64,000 nucleotides of DNA from a virus. How positions within the stretch are numbered: position 1 is the first letter of the stretch; every line of letters starts with the position of its first letter. The notes under the pieces are model-generated. The model worked only from the letters and a program-made list of their open reading frames with translations, was not told the origin of the DNA and did no database searches. Position numbers and translations under genes: made by a program. Positions 49,131 through 56,460 of the stretch are shown piece after piece. The DNA lies in the IMG/VR virus record IMGVR_UViG_3300036046_000003, positions 1 to 64,000 of that record. One strand, 5' to 3'.

Positions 49131-49465
49131 ACCCCCTCCTCGTCTACGCGGCGCAGACTGTCAACGCTCGAAAAGCCGTTAGGGTAGCGGCGGCGCAGCT
49201 TATCAAGGTTGCCTTGCATAACCTCCCCCAACGTTGCACCAAGCGCGGCTGCCGCCAGAGAGCAGTACCACAGAACGTCACCCAACTCTTTATGAAGGGC
49301 CGCTTCGTCAAGCACGTGCCCGTGGAAGCGGCTCTTTTTAAGCGCTTCGATAAATTCTCCGGCCTCACCCGCAAGCCCCATCGCCGCGTTTAACAGTCGC
49401 TCGTCTCGCCCCGAAAGAGTAGCTGCCGTCCGAAGCGCTTGCCGCTGATACTCGTTTGCGTCCAC
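49127..49465 (-). CDS. MazG-like nucleotide pyrophosphohydrolase
   Basis: NEYQ..A.RT, GLAGEAGE, ELGDVLWY, N..KL..RYP.GF. Confidence 0.9.
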   Translation of the reverse strand: MDANEYQRQALRTAATLSGRDERLLNAAMGLAGEAGEFIEALKKSRFHGHVLDEAALHKELGDVLWYCSLAAAALGATLGEVMQGNLDKLRRRYPNGFSSVDSLRRVDEEGV

Positions 49466-49609
49466 TGTAATGTTTCCTTCACTATTGAGGATTGCCCCGC
49501 TACCCCTTCTTCTTAGCCTGCTCCTGTACCCGGCGCGTGGCCTCAGCTGCGCTAATCCCTTCCCGTTTTGCCAGGGCCGCGATCTTAGCGGCCAGTTCTT
49601 TTAGTGCGC

Positions 49610-49822
49610 TCACTTAGGTTCCTTCTCAATTGACTTACGTAAACGGCGAATCTGGCTTTGAAGTTGTTTTTTACAGCCGCCAAAACAGACGTACTCCGCC
49701 GCGCCCACTCGATTACTGACGCTTCGCATAAGGGTTACTTCCCCGGCACGGCTACCGCAGAGGGAGCATTGCTGCTTCCGTTTTTCTACGCTAACGAGGT
49801 CTCGTACTGTTCGTCCTCGCAT
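49610..49822 (-). CDS. Small Zn-finger protein
   Basis: CSLC...CFGGC. Confidence 0.45.
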   Translation of the reverse strand: MRGRTVRDLVSVEKRKQQCSLCGSRAGEVTLMRSVSNRVGAAEYVCFGGCKKQLQSQIRRLRKSIEKEPK

Positions 49823-50454
49823 TGAACCACCTTCTTTCGGCTCGGGCGCGACCAATGAAGCGTCGTAAGTACGGCTGGCCCCGCGTAACCGTTCTCAAAT
49901 ACAAACAAGCCGTAATCGGTACTGTCGGTATTGCCGTTCTCGGTAAAACTAGGCCTCGGCGTAATTACGGCCAGCTCGCGGAGCGGAGCCATACTCCAAA
50001 GACCGCCGTCCGGTTTGTTTCGCTCTTGCGAGGCACGAAAGCCAAGAGGCAGCAGAAAAGCGGCCCGCCCACCGGGGGTCAGTAGACGCAGCGCCAATCG
50101 TACAAAGGCCTCGGCGGAGCTGTAGGGTGGGTTAGCAAGGATAAGTCCGTAGCGCGTTGTAAAGTCGGCGGCAAGTACGTCCTCTGTCCACCAGCCGTCA
50201 TAATGCGTTGGTTTTGGCGAAGGCCGAAGTTCGTACCCGTCTAACCAGGCGCTCCAATAAATTGCCCTCGCCGCCCTTCCCCAAACCCCGTTGCCTGCGC
50301 CCAGGTCAAGTACGTTTCGCGCCCGAAGGCCTGACAGCGGCGCGGCTTCCCCGGTCAGGGTCGCTGCTCTGCCTACACAAGCCAGCGCTAACGCAAACGG
50401 AGTAGGATAGTGGTCACGCTCTTTGCGCGGTTCTTTGTTGGCTGGCTTATTCAT
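49786..50454 (-). CDS. Amino (N6-adenine-type) DNA methyltransferase
   Basis: D.YPTP, LDLGAGNG (SAM binding), NPPY catalytic motif, RPSF. Confidence 0.88.
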   Translation of the reverse strand: MNKPANKEPRKERDHYPTPFALALACVGRAATLTGEAAPLSGLRARNVLDLGAGNGVWGRAARAIYWSAWLDGYELRPSPKPTHYDGWWTEDVLAADFTTRYGLILANPPYSSAEAFVRLALRLLTPGGRAAFLLPLGFRASQERNKPDGGLWSMAPLRELAVITPRPSFTENGNTDSTDYGLFVFENGYAGPAVLTTLHWSRPSRKKVVQCEDEQYETSLA

Positions 50455-50687
50455 TCAGTCTCTTTCCCACTGCCAAAAACAACCCAAAAGAACGCCAGCA
50501 ACGGAAGGGACAGACCCCAGGCGGGGTGTACTACCCCGGCAATCGATAGCGCCGCCACTACTAGCAAAACCGACAAAAGCGTAGGAAAACTAAGAGCGCG
50601 CCACAGCGGCGGTTCCTCGGCGCTGTGTTTTGTTTCTAGCTCTCGATAGCGCTGAAATAGTTCCCGTTCGTGCTCAGTCAGTTTCAT
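50451..50687 (-). CDS. Small membrane protein
   Basis: Two hydrophobic segments. Confidence 0.55.
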   Translation of the reverse strand: MKLTEHERELFQRYRELETKHSAEEPPLWRALSFPTLLSVLLVVAALSIAGVVHPAWGLSLPLLAFFWVVFGSGKETE

Positions 50688-50693
50688 TTACCC

Positions 50694-51188
50694 TCACTTT
50701 CGATTGGCCTTCAATTGAAGTGCTAACGCACCCGCGTACTCGCGCTTAGAATATGCGGGCCGTGTGTAGTCGAAACCGAACAAGCGCCGTACTGCTTCCC
50801 GCTCGTATTGGCGTGCGTCCCGTTCGTCGGGGGCGTTTTCGTAGCCCCAACGCCGCACCGGCCCCCGCTTCTCAGGAACGTACACTGACCCGTTCCAATA
50901 CCAACCCCAGCGCCGATGCGACGCGCAGTACCGATAGTCGAGTACCCCCGTCACTTTTTGCCACAAGTGACGGCACTCGTGAGCAAGTGTCGAAAGTAGT
51001 TCGTCCTCCGAATAAGCGGTCGCCAGCCGGATCGTGTAGTCGCCTCCCCTCCAAGAAAACTCACCGCAACTATTTCTAGACCCGGGAACAGTTCGCCCCG
51101 GATAGAACTCCCAAGAAAGCGAAACCCCGGATAAACCAAGGTCTGCCAATACTTTATTGCGGTTGTCCTCTCCTAAAATGCCGTGCAT
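50694..51188 (-). CDS. Zincin-like metallopeptidase
   Basis: TLAHECRH.WQ and Y...P.E.DAR. Confidence 0.75.
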   Translation of the reverse strand: MHGILGEDNRNKVLADLGLSGVSLSWEFYPGRTVPGSRNSCGEFSWRGGDYTIRLATAYSEDELLSTLAHECRHLWQKVTGVLDYRYCASHRRWGWYWNGSVYVPEKRGPVRRWGYENAPDERDARQYEREAVRRLFGFDYTRPAYSKREYAGALALQLKANRK

Positions 51189-51351
51189 TGCTCGCCTCGC
51201 TAAATAAAATTGCCGCAGAGTTCCGTTTTATACAAACCTGTGCGCCCACGAGCTTGTTACGGTAACGATCCGCTCTCTGCGGGATTTACCGACTGTTCAC
51301 CAGACACGCGCCTCGCGTAAAGCGCTTCCGTGTCGAACGGCTGGCCGGTAG

Positions 51352-51465
51352 TGGTCGGAAGACTAGGATTTGAACCTAGACGACGCTCACCCATATACGC
51401 CCCTGGGCTGTTGGCGTCACCCCTTCCAAGCGTGGGGCGCGGCTGCCAGATTTCGCCACCTTCCG
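51352..51465 (-). tRNA. Atypical tRNA-Pro(TGG)-like gene with encoded CCA
   Basis: Acceptor CGGAAGG/TCTTCCG-A-CCA; T arm CTAGG-TTCAAAT-CCTAG; D arm with GG; 10-nt anticodon loop; ~40-nt variable arm. Confidence 0.7.
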
Positions 51466-51501
51466 TAGCCAGGGGCCGGTCAAAACGGCCCCCGTAGCGC
51501 G

Positions 51502-52053
51502 TTACTGGCCTTGCAGCTCCGCCAAACGGCTCTGCGCTTCGGCCAGCTCCCGTTCTCGGCGCGCCACTACTTGCCGCGCCGCGATTACTTCCCGCGTTTC
51601 ATTACCCATTGCCCGGTCGTAATCCCGCAGCGCCGCTTCAACTTCGCCAGCGGTCAATCCTACCTCGCGACGCACTTCCGAAATTGCGGCTGCGATAGAC
51701 ACAACTTCGTTTCGCAAAAAGGCGCGACAAACCTCCTCTTGCTCCAAAAGCGCCCCAACAAACTCTTGGGCCGCAGCGTAGGAAAGTCCCCGGCAGCGCC
51801 GCGCCGCCGCGATTACCGGACTTTCAGCCGCCGTAACGCCGCTCGTCTTTTGCAACCAGTCGTAGGCCGTTACAATGGCGGCACCCTCCAACACTGAAAG
51901 ATACCTGTCTTCCAGCGCCGTTTGCAATTTTGACCTATCCGCCCCGGACTTCACCGCCAGAAGGTCGGTAAGCTCGCGGACGGCCCCCTCGTCCTCGTAA
52001 CTACTCGTATCGACACCCCCGGCAATCCAACGCCGTACCGCGTCTATACCCAT
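51502..52053 (-). CDS. Hypothetical helical protein
   Basis: ORF with RBS. Confidence 0.6.
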   Translation of the reverse strand: MGIDAVRRWIAGGVDTSSYEDEGAVRELTDLLAVKSGADRSKLQTALEDRYLSVLEGAAIVTAYDWLQKTSGVTAAESPVIAAARRCRGLSYAAAQEFVGALLEQEEVCRAFLRNEVVSIAAAISEVRREVGLTAGEVEAALRDYDRAMGNETREVIAARQVVARRERELAEAQSRLAELQGQ

Positions 52054-52111
52054 TGGAGTTTCCTGTGTCTGAGGGGCCGCTGTTACGCGGCCCCGCTATT
52101 CTTCGTCGGCG

Positions 52112-52948
52112 CTACGCCTTCGGGGCTGCCTCTGCCTGCGCCTTCGCCTGTAGATAGAACTTGCGGCCAAACGGCGGGGCAAAGAACTGGCCGGGGAACT
52201 CGGAGAACACATACACCGCCGCCGTCCCCAGCTTGTCGGCCTGCATAGTCGCCCACTTCTCGTTCGACACCCACTCCTCGTCAGCCTGCCCCCGGTTCCG
52301 CGCCCAACCGTTAATCTGCTCACCAGTTACCGAACACAACACCAGCGGGTTGTCGGTGGCCTCGCGGGGGTCTGCTGCGCGCTCGGCAGGAACCCACTTT
52401 GGAAGCAGTTCGTCCTCGGGAACGCGGCTGATTACCTTATCAAGCCAGTTCTTCGTTCCGTTTCCGTCCAGAAGGGCGTAATACTGCGGCTGGTCTACTT
52501 CAAGCTGATTGACAATATTCACGAGGTCGTTCAGTTGCGCGTCCGTCAGGTCAGCGCCGTCATTCAGCAGCCGACAGAGAAGCAAATAGGCATTAGATAC
52601 CTTCTGACCCTCCTTCGGGCGACCCAGGTACTTTGGTCGGTTCACGTCAATCCAGAAGAAGCGACCGTGACCCTTATCCTCGTTCTTATCGGGCCGCACA
52701 TACGCGAACTTAAACGAAAACTTAGGAACCCACACAACGTCCGGGTCGCTATCGACCAGGGTACGGGTCTCGTAGGACTTTTCCGTCTTCTCCGTCACTG
52801 ACAAAAACTGATAGACCCCCTGCCCCAGACGCAGATAAGGCCGCTGAATACGAGGCCGCGTCTGAGTAGCCTGTGTGTTGATTGCGTCTCCTGCGAGTGC
52901 CATTCGTTCAATCTCCTTTTGTTGGCTTTCTTGCCGCGTCGCCCTCAC
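52112..52948 (-). CDS. Hypothetical protein, possibly ssDNA-binding
   Basis: Aromatic beta-rich N-terminal half; first gene downstream of repeat copy C. Confidence 0.5.
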   Translation of the reverse strand: MRATRQESQQKEIERMALAGDAINTQATQTRPRIQRPYLRLGQGVYQFLSVTEKTEKSYETRTLVDSDPDVVWVPKFSFKFAYVRPDKNEDKGHGRFFWIDVNRPKYLGRPKEGQKVSNAYLLLCRLLNDGADLTDAQLNDLVNIVNQLEVDQPQYYALLDGNGTKNWLDKVISRVPEDELLPKWVPAERAADPREATDNPLVLCSVTGEQINGWARNRGQADEEWVSNEKWATMQADKLGTAAVYVFSEFPGQFFAPPFGRKFYLQAKAQAEAAPKA

Positions 52949-53009
52949 TTGTGGCGACCGCCGCAGTGTAGCGCGCCCCTCCGCAAGCGTCTACTAGTAC
53001 GCCGCACTC

Positions 53010-53707
53010 GTGCAGTAAATGCAGAACTTTTCTCCGTTCCGCCAAAACCTTGTCAAGAGATTTATGAGAAAATAGATTACAGTTTTGTAATGTGTATTTG
53101 GCTTTGGAACGCGGTAAAACCGAAATAGGTACCCCGAACTACCTGCTTCTACCCCTCTTTTTGTCCCATTAACTTGTTTTTAACTGGTATACTAAGAGGG
53201 CCTTTAGGGAGGTGGGGTTGTAGGAGTGCGTCTCCTCTAGAAAACGCGTTAGCGTTTCCGTCGAGCGGAGCGAGACGGGCCTGGGGGTGCAGGGGCGCGG
53301 CTAGCGCCCCGCGTAGTTGTACGTGTTGCCCCTACCCTGCCTAGTGTCGGCCTGTGCGGCCCAAAGCGGGAACTTCGGAAAATATATAGGGTTGTGAAAA
53401 GTATCACAACCCTCCTCGTGTACCCAACACAAGCCCGAAGAACACAAAGACCGCTCTAACCCTACGGGTTGTGTAGGCTATTCCAGTTCCCTCTTCTTCC
53501 TATAGCTCTCTCTCTTAAAGAACCTTCTCTGTTCAAGTATATGGATTGTGAAACTTTTCACAGCCTTGTGCAGTTAATGCAGAACTCGGGAAGAAGCGGC
53601 GCAGTTTTTCGCAGTTGCGAAGTAGAAGTACCCTACTCAGGTATACCCTTCTGGTTCTATCGTCGCACCTGGAGCTTCCCAGGCCCCTTGTAGGTCATTC
53701 TAGGAGA
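53010..53707 (-). repeat. Dispersed structured non-coding element, copy C (inverted)
   Basis: Reverse complement of copy B, with segments that match copy A better. Confidence 0.95.
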
Positions 53708-53744
53708 GAGCGGCGACAGAGAGTAAACGCACGAGGAGGGGCAC

Positions 53745-53786
53745 AAAAAAGAGACCCCCCTGAGAAAGGGGGGGGGTCTCTTTTTT
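53745..53786. terminator. Bidirectional terminator
   Basis: A run, GAGACCCCCC...GGGGGGTCTC, T run. Confidence 0.8.
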
Positions 53787-53794
53787 ATTTGCTT

Positions 53795-54631
53795 TTAGAC
53801 GTTGCGATTGCGGCAGCTCGCGCAACGTAGCTTTCCGTCAGCGCCCGCTTTGCGTGCTTGTTTGATCGCCGCTCCTTTCGCGCCGGGGTTCAACGCGACG
53901 CCACAGTCCGCGCAGACCTCGTTCGGAATTACTTCAACGGGGGCCGGGAAGCTTTCAGCTTCGCGTGGAAGCGTCAACACGGACGGGGGCGCAGCGTCTA
54001 CCGGGCCGAAAGGTACGGCTGGTGCTGGCAACTGTGAAAGAAGTTTCGCCGCGAACGCACGGCGCTGCTCTACCAGGGCTTCCATTTTTCGGTCAAGTTC
54101 CTGCTGAAAGGCCAGTTCCGCCGTAATCGGCGCGAGACGCCGCTCTACAGCGGAAGTGGGAGTTTGTTCTAGCTCTAACTCTCGATGTCGCTTTACCCAG
54201 CCGGACAGACTTAGGTATACCCCAAACGGAGGAAGCGCCGCCCATACACCTACCAACAACGCCGCGCCTGCGGGCACTCCCCACAGAGAAAAATCGCGTA
54301 CCGCTGCCCAGGCCGAAGCTACCTCGGTTGCTCGGTACAGCGCCGACCAGCCCTCCACAAAGTTGGGCAGTACCGCAGCCGTCAACAGGCCGCGAGCCAA
54401 CCAATCTAAGGGCTTATCCCATAGCAGGTAGAACCGCGTAAGGATTTTTGCGCCAAAGGCCATACCCTCGAAGATAAGTACCACGAGTGCTGCGCCGAGG
54501 GCGGAGCTGTGCGTAAGCGCGGCGACGCCGTATGTGGCCGGTACACTGACGGCCAAGCAGATAAGCGCGAAGATAAGCAGGAAACTAGAAAGCGCGTCCA
54601 GCGAACGTTTTTTGTGGGCAGGGGGCTGCAT
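53795..54631 (-). CDS. Four-TM plus coiled-coil membrane protein with C-terminal Zn finger (Spd-like architecture)
   Basis: Four hydrophobic helices, heptads, Pro-rich linker, CADC...CASC. Confidence 0.65.
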   Translation of the reverse strand: MQPPAHKKRSLDALSSFLLIFALICLAVSVPATYGVAALTHSSALGAALVVLIFEGMAFGAKILTRFYLLWDKPLDWLARGLLTAAVLPNFVEGWSALYRATEVASAWAAVRDFSLWGVPAGAALLVGVWAALPPFGVYLSLSGWVKRHRELELEQTPTSAVERRLAPITAELAFQQELDRKMEALVEQRRAFAAKLLSQLPAPAVPFGPVDAAPPSVLTLPREAESFPAPVEVIPNEVCADCGVALNPGAKGAAIKQARKAGADGKLRCASCRNRNV

Positions 54632-54639
54632 TGCTTCTC

Positions 54640-55059
54640 CTAGTGAATAGGGACTAGCGCGGCGGGCTGCGCAGCGAACCACAGCCAAAGTAGCGCCAAC
54701 GCGCAGAGGATTACAAGAAACAGTTTGAACCCTACTTTAAGCCGTCGCAAAAGCTTGCGAAGTCGCCGCTCTAACGGGTGCTGCGCTTGATTGATCGCGT
54801 CGTCCAGGGCGGCTACTGCGAACGCGGGGTCTACATTGAACCATTCTCCAGCAAGCCGCCATTTGGCAAGGCGTCTGTGTGTAGCTGCTTCGATTTCAAA
54901 CGGCTTTGCGACAGGACGCCAGCCGCGTAAGTAGAGCCGCTGGCTATTCCCCGTTTGCAGTTGGCTCCGCCGACCGCCCTTGCTTTCCGGGTGTCGGTTC
55001 GCTTTGCCGACCTTTACCGGGCCGTTATTACCTTCCTGGTAGACGTAAATACCTGCCAT
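54640..55059 (-). CDS. GIY-YIG (T5orf172-like) protein with C-terminal TM anchor
   Basis: IYV....GPVKVG.A....R..QLQTGN, E...H..L...R..GEWF. Confidence 0.75.
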   Translation of the reverse strand: MAGIYVYQEGNNGPVKVGKANRHPESKGGRRSQLQTGNSQRLYLRGWRPVAKPFEIEAATHRRLAKWRLAGEWFNVDPAFAVAALDDAINQAQHPLERRLRKLLRRLKVGFKLFLVILCALALLWLWFAAQPAALVPIH

Positions 55060-55064
55060 TGCCT

Positions 55065-55361
55065 TTACAAACCCCCTATCCAGTCAGAAATACGCCCGTT
55101 GTGGTGTGCGTCCCATAGTGCGTGTACAAAGCGCTCCACTTCGTCCCGCCAAGACCACCACTTGTCTACAATCCTTACCCAACCCTCGGGCAGCTCCGCC
55201 TCGTCGTCGAAAGAACCGTACTCCCCGGTAGCGGGGTTATACCCGGCGGTGTAGCCCCCAGGTTCTCTTCCGGTCAGAAGCTCGTCCAGAGTAAACAACT
55301 CACGAATAACGGGCTTTCCTAGCTCCGCCGCTTGTGCCGCGAACTCCGATTGAAAACTCAT
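55065..55361 (-). CDS. Hypothetical protein
   Basis: ORF packed against the next gene. Confidence 0.55.
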   Translation of the reverse strand: MSFQSEFAAQAAELGKPVIRELFTLDELLTGREPGGYTAGYNPATGEYGSFDDEAELPEGWVRIVDKWWSWRDEVERFVHALWDAHHNGRISDWIGGL

Positions 55362-55444
55362 TGTTTACGCCTTTCTATTGGCTTAGAACCCGCTTATTTG
55401 TTACGCTTGTCGTTCTTCTCAGCGAAATACGCCAACACAACGGC

Positions 55445-55651
55445 CTAGAAGGACGTAGCGACGAAGGTGTACACAAGGTAACAATTCAGGCAGAGCAGCG
55501 CCCATAGAACGGGAACCCAGGCGGGCACCAACGCGGCCAGGACGAACAAGAGCGTGGCGCACAGCCCGAAGGTCGCCACCAGCGCGAAGGGCAGCTCCGC
55601 GTTTGTCAGTTCGTTTAGAACGGTACTCATAAAACGATTAGCCTTCGGCAT
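55445..55651 (-). CDS. Small two-TM membrane protein
   Basis: Hydrophobic sequence; TAATG coupling. Confidence 0.55.
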   Translation of the reverse strand: MPKANRFMSTVLNELTNAELPFALVATFGLCATLLFVLAALVPAWVPVLWALLCLNCYLVYTFVATSF

Positions 55652-55896
55652 TAACTACCCTTCTTATCCAGTGCCGCGTTTTCCGCTTCGATATACCTGA
55701 TATACGCCGTCTCTAGGTCACGCGCCGCCTGCGCTGCTTTTAGCAGAGCCGCCGACAGTTGCTCGGCTTCCTCGAAGGAAAGTCCGCAGTATACGATCTC
55801 GCCAGTTTCAGCCCTTCCCTGTAGGCATACGTCGGTGGGGCCGAGACCCCACTCGCAGGCGACGACAAACACGGGAACTGAGAGTAAGCGCGCCAT
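55651..55896 (-). CDS. Hypothetical protein
   Basis: Coupled ORF. Confidence 0.5.
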   Translation of the reverse strand: MARLLSVPVFVVACEWGLGPTDVCLQGRAETGEIVYCGLSFEEAEQLSAALLKAAQAARDLETAYIRYIEAENAALDKKGS

Positions 55897-55919
55897 TGGA
55901 CAAATCGCTTTCTGTGCTA

Positions 55920-56456
55920 TTAGGGAGTTTCGGAAATCTTTTTAACTAATGTACAGACTTTACGGTAGCGGTCGCCCCCGGTGGCCCCAAACACAAGGCG
56001 TATAGCCTCTGTTTTACTAGCCCCGCGACCTATTAGCGTGCGGACTTCCCTTGCCCCCGCTTCGTCCAAGGGCCGTGACGCCGCCGCTTCACTTACCAGT
56101 TTTCTTTCGCGGTCAACCCGCCCCCTTGCTTTAGCGGTACGAAACGGTGGTTCAGTCGCCGTGCGTGTTCCTAACTCCGCGTCCAGGCGCGCCATTGCGT
56201 TCCCCAAATGAAACAACTGCTCTACGCGGTCTTTAGGCCCGCTAAACCACTCATTGCGAAATCTATAATCCTGCAAAAGTTCGTGAACTTCCCGCTCCAC
56301 TCGGTACGGATTGGGCTGTTCGTAAGTGGCAACGACAGACTGCACGAGCGGGCAACCCGTTTGAAGGGTTTTCGTCCTTTGAAGCGCGTCGCTGTCTGTG
56401 ACCCCAATCTTAAAATAGTCCGTATCGCCCATTTGAATTAAATAAACAAGCCCCAT
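55920..56456 (-). CDS. GIY-YIG (T5orf172-like) protein with C-terminal HTH-like domain
   Basis: VYLI......FKIGVT....R...LQTGCP, E..VH, NEWF. Confidence 0.78.
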   Translation of the reverse strand: MGLVYLIQMGDTDYFKIGVTDSDALQRTKTLQTGCPLVQSVVATYEQPNPYRVEREVHELLQDYRFRNEWFSGPKDRVEQLFHLGNAMARLDAELGTRTATEPPFRTAKARGRVDRERKLVSEAAASRPLDEAGAREVRTLIGRGASKTEAIRLVFGATGGDRYRKVCTLVKKISETP

Positions 56457-56460
56457 TAGC

